Below, in pieces: positions 1-10,480 of a stretch of 64,000 nucleotides of DNA. The position numbers and the translations under genes were made by a program. Position 1 is the stretch's first letter. The number at the start of each line of letters is the position of its first letter. The stretch is from positions 11,433 to 75,432 of the forward strand of contig CAWJPT010000017.1 of assembly GCA_963844835.1 (NCBI GenBank). The letters run 5' to 3'. The notes beneath the pieces are model-generated. The model saw only the letters and a program-made list of their open reading frames with translations. It searched no databases and had not been told where the DNA came from. The stretch comes from an uncultured bacterium (GTDB taxonomy: Bacteria; Actinomycetota; Acidimicrobiia; Spongiisociales; UBA5794).

Positions 1-1145
1 CCGGAATTTCCTCGAAGGCTTCGGCAATGACCTGCGAAAGCGCCTGGGCGATCTCGAGACTTCGATCCATGAGGCCGCAGGCGGATCGTTCAACATCAAT
101 TCGACGTTGCAGCTTGCGGGAGATACTGTTCGATCAGCTGGGCCTGCCCGTGCTCAAGAAGACACCAAAGGGGGTGCCGTCGACCGATGCGTCGGTGCTC
201 GGCAAGCTGCGTGACGAGCATCCGATCGTCGACGACCTGCTCACCTATCGGGAGTTGGAGAAACTCAGGTCGACCTATGTGGACGCGCTGCTGCCGCTGA
301 TCGAGCAGGACGGCAGGGTGCGGGGTCGCTTCAATCAGATGGCGGCGGCGACGGGGCGGCTCTCGCAGGAACAGCCCAATCTGCAGAACATCCCCGTGCG
401 GTCTGCGGAGGGGCGTGCGATCCGGCAGGCTTTCCGGGCGGCGGACGGGTGGCAGTTCCTCGTCGCCGACTACAGCCAGATCGAGCTCCGCATCCTGGCT
501 CATCTCTCGGGGGACCCGGGTCTCGTCGACGCATTCCACAACAACTTCGACATTCATGCGGCAACCGCAGCAAACGTCAACGGAGTCGCCATCGAAGAAG
601 TGACGACCGAGCAGCGTCGTCGGGCAAAGATGATCAACTTCGGCCTTCTTTATGGAATGGAGGCGTACGGGCTCGCCCAACGCCTCGAGATCGGGCGCGC
701 CGAAGCCCAGGAGCACATCGACGTCTACTTCGACCGTTTCCCCGAAGTCCGGGACTTCATGCAGGGAATCGTCGCCGCTGCCCGGGATGCCGGCTACACG
801 ACGACGATCCTCGGGCGCAGACGCTATCTACCGGAGTTGTCCAGCGGCAATTTCAGAACGAGGCAGGCAGGTGAGCGGATGGCTCTGAATGCCCCCATCC
901 AGGGGTCTGCCGCCGACATCATCAAGAAGGCGATGGTCGTGCTCGAGGATGAGCTTCGCCGTCGGGAGCTCGGTGCCGAGATGCTGCTTCAGATCCATGA
1001 CGAGCTCGTCCTCGAGGTGCCCGACGACGAGGTGGATGAAGTGAGGGAGCTGACGAAGTCCGTGATGGAGGGCATCGTAGAGTTGCGGGTACCTCTCGTG
1101 GTGGAGACCGCTGTGGGCAAGACACTTGCCGACGTCGAGCACTGA
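1..1145 (+). CDS. polA: DNA polymerase I, C-terminal polymerase domain (5' end outside window; frame break near nt 116)
   Basis: Frame-3 ORF to TGA 1143-1145 carries family-A polymerase motifs (REILFDQLGLPVLKKTPKG, QPNLQNIPVR, DYSQIELRILAH, LQIHDELVLEV). Upstream residues ..GGSFNINSTLQL read in frame 2, so one extra base lies at about 116. Confidence 0.95.
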   Translation, partial: GISSKASAMTCESAWAISRLRSMRPQADRSTSIRRCSLREILFDQLGLPVLKKTPKGVPSTDASVLGKLRDEHPIVDDLLTYRELEKLRSTYVDALLPLIEQDGRVRGRFNQMAAATGRLSQEQPNLQNIPVRSAEGRAIRQAFRAADGWQFLVADYSQIELRILAHLSGDPGLVDAFHNNFDIHAATAANVNGVAIEEVTTEQRRRAKMINFGLLYGMEAYGLAQRLEIGRAEAQEHIDVYFDRFPEVRDFMQGIVAAARDAGYTTTILGRRRYLPELSSGNFRTRQAGERMALNAPIQGSAADIIKKAMVVLEDELRRRELGAEMLLQIHDELVLEVPDDEVDEVRELTKSVMEGIVELRVPLVVETAVGKTLADVEH

Positions 1146-1200
1146 GCCCGCATCCGACGGCGGCCGGTCACACCCCAGTTGCTGCCAGGGTGGAAAGACT

Positions 1201-1231
1201 TTGGCGACATGACCCACCAGCGTGCTACCAT
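1201..1231 (+). promoter_or_regulatory. possible sigma-70-type promoter for rpsA (TTGGCG-N19-TGcTACCAT)
   Basis: TTGGCG at 1201-1206. Extended -10 TGc plus TACCAT at 1223-1231, about 70 nt upstream of the rpsA ATG. The 19-nt spacer is long, so this is weak. Confidence 0.25.
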
Positions 1232-1302
1232 CTCGGCCGTCTCCCTGCCTGCGCGCGCACCGGAGACGAACCCATGTTTCCCAAGGAGTAGATCTACCAA
1301 TT

Positions 1303-2890
1303 ATGTCCGACGAATCGGCAACCGAGCCGACGCAGCCCGAGGCTGAGGCAACGGAAGCCCCTACCAACCCAACCGAGGAAGCCACGCCCGTGACCTCCGA
1401 GACCGATACCCCCGACATCGCGGCAGCTGCCGACGAGGCGATCGAGGATCAGACAACAGAAGCGGCGGGCTCCGCCGACACTTCGGTTACTCCTGAGGAA
1501 ACTCCAACCGGACTACCCGCCGAGGAGTCCGTCGTCGCAACGTCCGAGGCTGCGGTTCCTGTGGCAGCCGACGAGGCAGCACCGAGTGATGAGGCGATGC
1601 CACGCTCGAGCGTTGGTGAGCGCCCCGCCATCACCGCACCGCGCGATATCGGTGACGTTGCAGACGATCTCAGCGCCGAGGACTTTGCGGCCGTCATCGA
1701 GCGGACCGTATTCGAGTTCAAGGAAGGCGATATCGTCGGCGGCACTGTCGTGCGCGTCGATCCGGACGAGGTGCTGGTCGACATCGGTTTCAAGGCCGAG
1801 GGCGTCATCCCGCTTCATGAGCTGTCCATACGCAACCAGGTGAACCCCGGTGAGGTGGTCAAGGAGGGCGAGCCCATCGAGGCTCTCGTTCTCCAGATGG
1901 AGGACGATCAGGGGCGGTTGGTACTTTCGAAGAAGCGTGCTCAATACGAGCGAGCCTGGGGGCGCATCGAGAAGATCATGAACGAGGGCGGCACCGTCAC
2001 CGGTCCCGTCATCGAGGTGGTCAAGGGTGGCCTCATCGTCGACATCGGGTTGCGCGGGTTCCTGCCTGCGTCGCTGGTTGACCTGCGTCGGGTTCGTGAC
2101 CTGGCTCCTTTCATCGGTGAGACGATTGAAGCCAAGGTGATAGAGCTCGACAAGAACCGCAACAATGTCGTACTTTCTCGCCGCGCCTCATCTCGAGGAA
2201 GCTCAAGCAGAGCAGCGTCAAGCGTTCCTCTCGGACCTCGAGCCTGGTGACATCCGCGACGGTGTTGTCTCCTCTGTTGTCAATTTCGGTGCATTCGTCG
2301 ATCTCGGCGGCATGGACGGGCTGGTGCACGTTTCGGAGTTGTCGTGGCAACACGTCAGCCACCCGAGTGAAGTCGTATCGGTCGGGGATAAGGTGAAGGT
2401 GCGTGTCCTCGAGGTCGATCGTGACCGCGAGCGCATTTCTCTTTCGATCCGGCAGACCCGTGAGGATCCGTGGGAAGAGTTCATCAGGGACACCGAAGTC
2501 GGCGCCATTCTCGACGGTGAAGTCACCAAGACTGTGCCGTTCGGAGCCTTCATCGCAGTGGGCGAAGGGGTCGAGGGACTAGTGCATGTCTCCGAAATCG
2601 CGCTCCATCACGTTGAGAGCCCTGAGCTAGAACTTTCTATCGGTCAACAAGTACGGGTAAAGGTCACGGAGATCGATGCCGACAGACGTCGGGTAAGCCT
2701 GTCAATCAAGCAGGCCCTCCCAGAGTGGGAGGAGCGCTCGACATTCAGTCAGCGACGTCAACCGAGCCGACCGAGACGCAGGGAGTTCCAGCGTGAAGAC
2801 GAAGCCACAGAGGTTCCGACCTTCGCTGCTGACGCGTCCCTGGAAGCCATCCTCGAAGAACTCAAAGAGCGGGGCATCGGTCGCAAGTAG
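1303..2890 (+). CDS. rpsA: 30S ribosomal protein S1 with a long acidic N-terminal extension (frame break near 2188)
   Basis: ATG 1303 follows AAGGAG (1283-1288). Four S1/OB repeats: GDIVGGTVVRVD, GTVTGPVIEVVKGGLIVDIG, GDIRDGVVSSVVNFGAFVDLG, GAILDGEVTKTVPFGAFIAV. Frame 1 to 2 switch at ..NNVVLSRRA|HLEEAQAEQRQAFL.. Stop TAG 2888-2890. Confidence 0.93.
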
Positions 2891-3006
2891 CCCAAAGGTA
2901 CTTGACAGTCTGCACTTCAGTGCTTGGCTAGTGGCGCGGCGTGTGGGGTCTCTTTCTGATCTCTGTCGTGTGATGCTTTCAGAACAGACCGGAAGGGCCA
3001 ACTGAA

Positions 3007-4039
3007 ATGGGTAGACGATCCCTGGTACTGATAATTGCGCTTGCACTGGCAGCGGTGTCGGCGTTCTCCGTATGGCAGTACTTGTCAACGGTGGAGTCGG
3101 ATGCACGCGCCAATGTGCAAGAAGTCATCGTGTATCGCGCTACGGGTTTCATCGACACTGGGACAAGCGTGAGTGAAGCGGAAGGGCTGATCAAGCAATC
3201 GACGGCACTGAAGGAATCGGTGGTGTTCGAAGGTTCCAGGATCGCCTGTGCAGGCCCCGCGGACAACAGCGACGCCCCGCTCGACGTTTGCGTCAACAAC
3301 CCGCGTATCGATGAGATTCTCGACAACATCAATGTTGCCGCGGGCCCGATCAGCGCCGGTCAGTTGATCACCTCGGACATGTTCATCGCCCCGAACCTTC
3401 TCTCGGACATCAAGCTGTCCGAATCGATCCCTCAGGGCAAGGTCGCCGTCTCGTTCCGTCCGAACGAGGAGAACACGGTGGGCGGCTTCGTCAGGCCGGG
3501 AGATCGTGTCAACCTGATCGCTTCGGCGACCATTGACCTCACTCAGTCGACGGCCCTTTTCGAGGACCCGGCGTTGCGGTCCCTACTGCTCGGTGACGAC
3601 GTGCTCCAACAACTCGCTACCGACACGACCGGCACGGGTGACACCGGCACAGACACCCAGCCGACGGATGTGATCTCACAATACGCCCAGACGTTCCCGG
3701 GATCGATCGACTTCACTCAGACAGTGCTCCAGGACATCGAGGTTCTCGCCGTTGGGCCGGACACCCGTCCCAGCCCGCTCGGCACCGGGCTGACCCCGGC
3801 AGGGGCTCAGATCGTCGTCCTCGAGGTGACGCCCGAGCAGGCAGAAGAGATCCAGTTCGCTGTCGCAGTACACGGATGTGGCACTGTCGTTGATCCCGAG
3901 CGGTGAGAATGACAATGGTCAGGCGAAGGTGTACGACCCATTCACCTCAGACGGCGTCATCGTCGATGACCTGTTCAGCCTGATCGACCGGATCCGCCTA
4001 CAGTTCGAAGAGGCAGGAGTCCTCCTTGGCAACGGATAG
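3007..4039 (+). CDS. cpaB: Flp pilus assembly protein CpaB/RcpC (SAF-domain), frame break near 3868
   Basis: N-terminal membrane anchor LVLIIALALAAVSAFSVWQY. The listed ORF stops at 3906. The next frame continues ..AQYTDVALSLIPSGENDNGQAKVYDPF..RIRLQFEEAGVLLGNG* to TAG 4037-4039, which is a typical CpaB C-terminus. Confidence 0.8.
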
Positions 4040-5210
4040 TCCCACCTATTCAGTTCTAATCGTCGACAACGACGACCAGTTCGTCGAGGCGACCAGGACG
4101 CTGCTCGAGGGCCACAAGGTCCACACGGCACGCAACGTCAGCGATGCCCAGCGGCGCCTGGTGGAAGAGTCGATCGACTTGACCATCGCCGGTCCCTCGT
4201 ACGCTCACGAGGCAGGCGTGGTAGAGGTGACGCTTCTCTTTGACGTGCGCGCCGATTTGCCGGTCGTCCTGGTTGCGGACTCCGTCGACACCAATGTCCT
4301 CCGTGCGGCCCTGCGGGCGGGCATCAAGGATGTCATCGAGGTTCCCCTGACCACGTCGAAGATCGAAGATGCCTTTGGGCTCATCGAGCAAATCCACCGT
4401 CGCGAGGAAGAAGGCCCTGCCAAGCGCAAGATCGGCAAGGTCGTGACCATCATGTCGCCCAAGGGCGGCGCCGGCAAGACGATGACGACAGTGAACACAG
4501 CGCTCACGCTCGCCGGCTGGGGCGACCCGTCACGGGTGGTCATCCTCGACGCCGATTTGCAGTTTGGAGACGTATGTATCTCCTTGCAGATCGACCCAAG
4601 ACACACCATTGTGGACGTCGCCCGGGACATCGACAAGCTCGATGAGGATCTGCTCGACAGTCTGCTGGCCCGGCATGCCTCCGGGATGCGCGTGCTGTCG
4701 GCACCGCTGGAGCCGTCACTAGCCGACGAGGTATCCACCCAGGTGGTGGTGAAGTCGATCGGGATGCTCAAGAGGATGTTCGACTACATCGTGATCGACA
4801 CCGCTCCGTTCCTCGATGAGCCGGTGCTCTCGATTCTCGAGCGTTCCGATGTCGTGCTGCTCGTAGTCGATATGGACCTGCCTGCGGTGAAGAACGCCAA
4901 GCTGGCCCTGGACACGCTACGTTTGATCAAGTTCCCGTTCGAGAAGATGAAGCTGGTGTTGAATCGGGTCAATTCCAAGGCACGTCTCGACATCGGTGAG
5001 CTGGAACGCTCCCTGGGCCTGGAGGTCCAGGCGGCCGTCTCGTCGGACAAGCTCGTCCCACGTGCGGTCAACGAAGGAGAACCAGTCGTCACTCTGTACC
5101 CCCGCAGCAGGGTCGCAAGGGACCTGCGTGGGGTTGCTCAGCTGGCCCTCGACGAGGGTGAGCTAGAAGAGGGTGAAGGTGAAGGCGGGAAGCGCCGATG
5201 GTTCAGATGA
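4026..5210 (+). CDS. tadZ: TadZ/CpaE pilus-assembly ATPase (atypical receiver domain + MinD/ParA ATPase)
   Basis: TTG 4026 overlaps the cpaB end. N-terminal receiver-like fold (SVLIVDNDD..LPVVLVADS..DVIEVPL), then a deviant Walker A (MSPKGGAGKTMTTVNTALTLA). Lies immediately upstream of tadA. Confidence 0.85.
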   Translation: MATDSPTYSVLIVDNDDQFVEATRTLLEGHKVHTARNVSDAQRRLVEESIDLTIAGPSYAHEAGVVEVTLLFDVRADLPVVLVADSVDTNVLRAALRAGIKDVIEVPLTTSKIEDAFGLIEQIHRREEEGPAKRKIGKVVTIMSPKGGAGKTMTTVNTALTLAGWGDPSRVVILDADLQFGDVCISLQIDPRHTIVDVARDIDKLDEDLLDSLLARHASGMRVLSAPLEPSLADEVSTQVVVKSIGMLKRMFDYIVIDTAPFLDEPVLSILERSDVVLLVVDMDLPAVKNAKLALDTLRLIKFPFEKMKLVLNRVNSKARLDIGELERSLGLEVQAAVSSDKLVPRAVNEGEPVVTLYPRSRVARDLRGVAQLALDEGELEEGEGEGGKRRWFR

Positions 5211-5238
5211 GTAGGCACCGACCCGGAGGGGACGAAGT

Positions 5239-6593
5239 ATGAGTCTCGCTGATCGCGTCAAGGCCGCAAAAGCCGCAGAAGTGACCGTTGAGGGTCACCG
5301 AGAAGAAGTTGTCCAGGAGTTGAGGCGCAAGCTCCACTACAAGGTCGTCGAGGGCCTCGGCCCGATGTTGTACGACCGTCAGATGAGCGACGCCGAACTG
5401 AAGCTCCGTGTCATGGAGATGCTCGAGTGGGCGCTCGATCAGGAGGAATCCGTTCCGCTGGCGAGAGCCGATCGGGTTGCGCTCCTGCAGGAGATTGCGG
5501 ACGATGTCCTCGGCTACGGGCCGATCGATCCCTTCCTCTCGGATGAGGGTATCACCGAGGTCATGGTCAACGGCCCGCACCAGGTATGGGTTGAGCGCGC
5601 CGGTAGGTTGAGCCTCTCCGACACCCGGTTCGTGGATGCGACTCACCTCGAGCGCATCATCGAGAAGATCGTCGGTCAGGTGGGGCGTCGCATCGACGAG
5701 TCAACACCGATGGTCGACGCCAGGCTTCCCGATGGGTCTCGTGTGAACGCGGTCATCCACCCGCTCGCCATCGGTGGTCCCTATCTCACCATTCGTAAGT
5801 TCTCGGCTGATCCTTTCACCGCAGATCAGTTGGTCAGCATGGGTGCGTTCACCGAGCAGGTCTCCGGTTTCATGAGACGCTGCGTCTACGGGCGTCTCAA
5901 CGTTATCGTCTCCGGTGGTACCGGCTCCGGTAAAACGACTCTGCTTGAATGTGTTGTCGAGCTTCATCCCGGACACCGAGCGCATCATCACAGTGGAGGA
6001 TGCTGCTGAGCTCCGCCTCAACCAGATGCACGTGCTCTCGCTCGAGGGTCGCCCTGCGAACATCGAAGGCAAGGGACAGGTGACGATACGCGATCTGGTG
6101 CGTAACACTCTGCGTATGCGCCCCGACCGTATCGTCGTTGGTGAGGTTCGTGGTGGTGAGGCACTCGACATGCTCCAGGCCATGAACACAGGACATGACG
6201 GATCGCTCACCACTGATGCACTCCAACACCCCCCGCGACACCCTCTCTCGTATCGAGACCATGGTGTTGATGGCGGGCATGGAGCTGCCGATCCGGGCAA
6301 TCCGGGAGCAGGTGTCATCTGCTGTCGATCTCATCGTTCACCTCAACCGGCTGCGTGACGGCACCCGCCGGGTCACCCAGGTGACCGAGGTAGTCGGGAT
6401 GGAGGGGGACGTGATCACAACCCAGGACCTCTTCTTGTTCGACTACGGCATGGGCATGGACGAGAACGGCATGTACCAGGGTCGGCTCAAGGCGACCGGT
6501 ATCCGTCCGTCATTCAGCGATCGACTCACGGATTACGGGATCAATCTGCCGGCAGAGCTCTTCGCTCCCGAGCCGTTTGCGGGGCGGAAGTAA
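5239..6593 (+). CDS. tadA: TadA/CpaF secretion ATPase (two frame breaks, about 5947 and about 6215)
   Basis: Walker [37 protein letters not shown], His box [11 protein letters not shown] then [21 protein letters not shown]. The protein reads through three successive frames (1 to 2 to 0). Confidence 0.92.
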
Positions 6594-7648
6594 TGCGTCG
6601 CATCATGACACTCGTGCTCGCCTCCGGCAGCTTCATGGCGGTAACCGCGGCTCCTGCGTTTGCGCAGACCTCGGGTACAGAAGGCACGCGGAGCATGATC
6701 TTGCTGGCAGGTGCGGCTGGCGCCGGGTTGGCGTTGTTCCTCCTGGTGCTCATTCTGTTCGGCAGCAACGCCGGCGTGGAACGCGATTTACGAGGCCGTC
6801 TCGGTGCTCTCTCGGGGGAGGATCAAGATCGTGGGCGCCTGGCCCGGATTCCTCTGCTCCGTCGGTTTGTTTCGGGCGCTGAGGACATCGCCAGGGATCG
6901 TGGTTTCATCAACCAGATCGAGACCGCACTCGACCAGGCCAATATCCCGCTTCGTCCCGGCGAGGCAATCGCCGGCATCATCGGGGTCGCGGCCGTGTTC
7001 GGGGTAATGGTCATGGTGTACCAGCAGAGCCTCGTTTGGGGCGCAGTTGGCGCGGCGCTCGTCCTCGGTATCTCTGTGGTTCTGATCCAGGGCGTTGCAG
7101 CCAGGCACAAGACCAAGTTCGAGAACCAGCTGCCGGACACGCTCAACTTGCTCTCGACGTCTCTGCGATCCGGGTACTCGCTGCTGCAGGCGGTAGAAGC
7201 CGTTGCTGCGGAAGCACCCGAGCCGACCTCGCGTGAGTTCGGTCGGGCGATGAATGAGACTCGATTGGGCCGTTCCCCGGTAGCTGCGCTGAAACAGGTA
7301 GCGGATCGTATGGAGTCGATCGATTTCGACTGGGCGGTGCTGGCTATCAGCATCCAGCGCGAGGTTGGTGGCAACCTGGCCGAGGTGTTGCAGACTGCGG
7401 CCGACACGATGCTGCAGCGAAACCGGCTGCGCCGAGAGATGAAAGCCCTCACTGCGGAGGGTCGGGTGTCTGCTTACGTGCTCGGCGCCCTGCCCGTGTT
7501 CTTGTTCTTGTTCTTGTTCACCACTCGTCGGAATTACCTGCAGCCCATGCTCGAGTCGACCACCGGGCTGATGGCCCTAGGTGGAGCCGTGCTGCTGCTG
7601 CTGGCAGGGATCTTCTGGCTGAGCAGGATCGTGAAGGTGGATGTCTGA
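6593..7648 (+). CDS. tadB: TadB, type II secretion system F-family inner-membrane protein
   Basis: ATG overlaps the tadA stop (TAATG). T2SSF signature region LPDTLNLLSTSLRSGYSLLQAVEAVA. Polytopic, with an extra N-terminal signal-like segment (..AVTAAPAFAQTS). Confidence 0.85.
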   Translation: MRRIMTLVLASGSFMAVTAAPAFAQTSGTEGTRSMILLAGAAGAGLALFLLVLILFGSNAGVERDLRGRLGALSGEDQDRGRLARIPLLRRFVSGAEDIARDRGFINQIETALDQANIPLRPGEAIAGIIGVAAVFGVMVMVYQQSLVWGAVGAALVLGISVVLIQGVAARHKTKFENQLPDTLNLLSTSLRSGYSLLQAVEAVAAEAPEPTSREFGRAMNETRLGRSPVAALKQVADRMESIDFDWAVLAISIQREVGGNLAEVLQTAADTMLQRNRLRREMKALTAEGRVSAYVLGALPVFLFLFLFTTRRNYLQPMLESTTGLMALGGAVLLLLAGIFWLSRIVKVDV

Positions 7649-8550
7649 TGGACCAAGCAATGTTTGCCGCGATCGCCGTTGGGGTCACGATTGGCGCTGC
7701 CGCGATCTTCGTCGGGGGCGGAGTGCTCAAGGCTCGGGCGAGTGCGTCACGACGACTCGCCGGGTTGCGGGAGACCCGTTCCGAGGTTCTCGAGAGAGGG
7801 TTCTCCGAGCGTGCGGTTGCGCCGATGTTCCAGGGGGTCGGCCGGTTCTTCATGCGGTGGACGCCGCAGGGATGGGGAGCTCGTGTCGAGAAGCGTCTGA
7901 TGATCGCAGGCTGGGCCCCACGTCTCGATGGCAGCTCGTGGGCGGCGATCCGGGTGCTGACCATGATTTTCGGAGTCTTGCTCGCCGTCTATGTGAACGG
8001 GCAGCTCGAAGGTACGGCCAGGCTGGCGGGAGTGGTGGGATCGCTTGCTATCGGAGCGCTCGGTGCCGAGGCGATTCTCACGCGGCGTGTCGACGAGCGG
8101 AAGGCCGGCATGGAGCGGGATCTACCCGATGTGATCGACCTGCTGGTCATCAGCGTTGAAGCCGGTCTCGGATTCGAGGGTGCGCTCGGTCGTGTTGTCC
8201 AGAATGTGCCGGGCGAGCTGAGCGATGAGTTCTCGCGGATGCTCCAGGAAACCAGAGTCGGGGTGAGTCGCAACGCAGCGTTGAAGTCGCTCGCCGAGCG
8301 TACCGATGTCGACGATCTGAACACGTTCATCATGGCCCTCACCCAGGCTGACGCTTTCGGTGTCTCCATCTCGCGGATGTTGCGCGTTCAAGCAGATGAG
8401 ATGCGCGTACGTCGCCGCCTCAGGGCACAGGAGCGCGCTTTCGCCGCACCGGTCAAGATGACCTTCCCGTTGGTGCTCTGCATCTTCCCGGGCATCTTCG
8501 TCGTCCTGCTGGGGCCAGCCGCGATCCAGATCACCCAGAACATCCTGTAA
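7648..8550 (+). CDS. tadC: TadC, type II secretion system F-family inner-membrane protein
   Basis: ATG overlaps the tadB stop (TGATG). T2SSF region DLPDVIDLLVISVEAGLGFEGALGRV. C-terminal TM helices. Confidence 0.85.
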   Translation: MDQAMFAAIAVGVTIGAAAIFVGGGVLKARASASRRLAGLRETRSEVLERGFSERAVAPMFQGVGRFFMRWTPQGWGARVEKRLMIAGWAPRLDGSSWAAIRVLTMIFGVLLAVYVNGQLEGTARLAGVVGSLAIGALGAEAILTRRVDERKAGMERDLPDVIDLLVISVEAGLGFEGALGRVVQNVPGELSDEFSRMLQETRVGVSRNAALKSLAERTDVDDLNTFIMALTQADAFGVSISRMLRVQADEMRVRRRLRAQERAFAAPVKMTFPLVLCIFPGIFVVLLGPAAIQITQNIL

Positions 8551-8554
8551 CACG

Positions 8555-9907
8555 GTGAGCAGGCTGCGGGTCGCTCATCTGCGGTACCTGGTCCCGTTTG
8601 TCGCCATAGCCTGGCGAGCCGGGATGCCCATCGGAGATAACTCGTTCCTGTGGCACGTGCGCGCCGGGACCTACCAGCTCGATATGGGCCAGGTATTGAC
8701 CACCGACCCCTTCTCCTTCACCAAGTTGGGAGCGCCGTGGCGAACACAATCCTGGCTCGCAGAGCTTGGCTACGGATGGCTGGAGCGTGTGACGGGCGGA
8801 ATCGGCTGGGTTCCGGTAATGAAGTTCGTCGCCATTGCGCTCACGATCGGGTTGTTGGGTCTGGTCGTGCACCGGGCCAACCGTGGGCGCAGCTGGGCGA
8901 CGGTGGGTGCCATGGTGCTGCTGACCTGGCAGGCATCGTCGTTTGCCGTGGCACGGCCCGCATTACTCGGCTTCGTACTGCTGGCACTCGTCATCGCCAT
9001 GATGAACTCCCCAAGGAGGGCATTGTGGCTGTTGCCCGCTGTGTTCTGGCTCTGGGCTTCGATACATGCCACGTTCGTCATCGGGCTTGGCTACGTTTTC
9101 CTCGATACAATCCGGCGTCGCTCGCCGCGCCAGCTGATCGCGGTCGTCATCTCAGGCCTGGCAACTGCGCTGACGGCGCACGGCCTCGGCACATGGTGGA
9201 TCCTGCTGAAATTTCTGGAGAACCGACCGGCGCTGTCGTTGATCTCGGAATGGCAGGCGCCCGACTTCTCCAGCGTGCTCGTGATTCCCTTCCTCATCGT
9301 GATCGTTGGGCTGTTGGTTGCCGGGGCGCATCGCCGGCTTCGTCCCGATGATCTCTGGCTCGTTGTGCCCTTCCTCATCTTCGGTCTGCTCGCGTCGCGC
9401 AACATCTGGCCTGCCGTGATGGTCCTGACGCCGATCGCCATCCGGTTCGATACGCCCGCCCCGACGGTAACGCGACAGGCCGGTGCAGAGTCGACCGTTA
9501 TCAACTGGGCGATCGCATGTGTCCTGGTTCTGTTGGGTCTTGCCGGACTGGCACGTGGCGCCCCACTCACACCGGAGCGGTTCCCGGCGGCCGCGGCTAT
9601 CGACAGCCTCGAGCCCGGGCCGCAGTACAACGACAGCGCAGTTGGCGGCTACCTGATCTATGCGGTGTGGCCCGATCGACTCGTATACACCGATGACCGG
9701 GCAGAGCTGTATGGGGAGGAGGCAATCCGCCGCTTCCAGGACATCAAACTGGGTATCGGGGTGGAGGAGGAGTTTGCCAGGTACGGCATCAGGCAGGTCA
9801 TCGTGCAGAGCGACTGGCAGTTGGTGGACTACCTGAAGGCGCACAGTTGGGAAATCCGCTACGAAGATGAGTATTTCATCGTGATCGCCGACCCTGGGCT
9901 CACCTAG
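8555..9907 (+). CDS. polytopic membrane protein of unknown function at the end of the tad operon (topology resembles GT-C/ArnT-like glycosyltransferases)
   Basis: GTG 8555 is 4 nt after the tadC stop. 450-aa ORF with many hydrophobic segments and a soluble C-terminal domain of about 100 aa (..YNDSAVGGYLIYAVWPDRLVYTDDRAELYG..). I cannot assign a family motif with certainty. Confidence 0.6.
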   Translation: MSRLRVAHLRYLVPFVAIAWRAGMPIGDNSFLWHVRAGTYQLDMGQVLTTDPFSFTKLGAPWRTQSWLAELGYGWLERVTGGIGWVPVMKFVAIALTIGLLGLVVHRANRGRSWATVGAMVLLTWQASSFAVARPALLGFVLLALVIAMMNSPRRALWLLPAVFWLWASIHATFVIGLGYVFLDTIRRRSPRQLIAVVISGLATALTAHGLGTWWILLKFLENRPALSLISEWQAPDFSSVLVIPFLIVIVGLLVAGAHRRLRPDDLWLVVPFLIFGLLASRNIWPAVMVLTPIAIRFDTPAPTVTRQAGAESTVINWAIACVLVLLGLAGLARGAPLTPERFPAAAAIDSLEPGPQYNDSAVGGYLIYAVWPDRLVYTDDRAELYGEEAIRRFQDIKLGIGVEEEFARYGIRQVIVQSDWQLVDYLKAHSWEIRYEDEYFIVIADPGLT

Positions 9908-10046
9908 GAGGTTGGTGATCAGTCACGGTGAGGACTCGCAATGCCCTGAAAGGACCAAGGCGATCGGGGTGTTTTCGAGCCTGAACTCGGGTTCTTCAGC
10001 AGCGTCCTAGCCGGCCGGGACCTCTACGCACCGCGGATAGCGCAAA

Positions 10047-10077
10047 GAAGAGAGGCCCCTGATTGGGGCCTCTCTTT
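10047..10077 (-). terminator. intrinsic terminator hairpin downstream of flp copy 1
   Basis: Perfect 11-bp stem AGAGAGGCCCC / GGGGCCTCTCT (10049-10059 / 10065-10075) with a 5-nt loop. It sits 30 nt past the flp stop. On the minus-strand transcript it is followed by UCUUUG. Confidence 0.65.
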
Positions 10078-10105
10078 GGTACTTGTCGGTTGTTGGTCTT
10101 GTGAG

Positions 10106-10288
10106 TTACGGCGTCAGCTCGGTGGCGACCGAGTCGAAGTTGCTCGAAACCTGGGTGCCGACCGCGGTGATGGCGATCAGGGCGACGATGGCGATCAGGG
10201 CTACGAGCAGTGCGTACTCGACGAGCGAGGCGCCCTCTTCGTCATTCATGAATCTGGTCTGGAATGCGGTCCACAACATCGGGAGCAT
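10106..10288 (-). CDS. flp: Flp-family type IVb pilin, copy 1 (60 aa)
   Basis: MLPMLWTAFQTRFMNDEEG|ASLVEYALLVALIAIVALIAITAVG.. shows the Flp motif (G/A cleavage site, E-Y pair, hydrophobic core). AAGGAGGAAAG lies 5 nt upstream of the ATG. Confidence 0.9.
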   Translation of the reverse strand: MLPMLWTAFQTRFMNDEEGASLVEYALLVALIAIVALIAITAVGTQVSSNFDSVATELTP

Positions 10289-10426
10289 TGTTTCTTTCCT
10301 CCTTGGCAGGTGATCCGGTGCTAACTGTATCGACTCAGCGGGTTGGCTGCATATGGGTCGAACGAATCATATGACCACCGAGAGTGGTTGTATCACCGGT
10401 TTGTCAGTAGTCGGATAGCGCAAAGA

Positions 10427-10452
10427 AGAGGGGCCCCTGATGGGGCCTCTCT
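10427..10452 (-). terminator. terminator hairpin downstream of flp copy 2 (one mismatch)
   Basis: AGAGGGGCCCC tgat GGGGCCTCTCT. It is paralogous to the 10049-10075 hairpin and has one mismatch in the stem. Confidence 0.5.
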
Positions 10453-10480
10453 GGTACTTGTCGGTTGTTGGTCTTGTGGG

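Noticed and set aside
2902-2907. Perfect TTGACA upstream of cpaB as the tad operon promoter.
   Set aside because: No acceptable -10 (TAnnnT/TATAAT-like) lies 16-19 nt downstream. The best candidates are TGGCTA and GCTAGT. I do not call a promoter.
10359-10376. TCGAAC half-site (actinobacterial LexA/SOS-box half) in the flp-flp spacer.
   Set aside because: No inverted partner (GTTCGA) at the N4 distance. I noticed no full TCGAAC-N4-GTTCGA box anywhere in the window.
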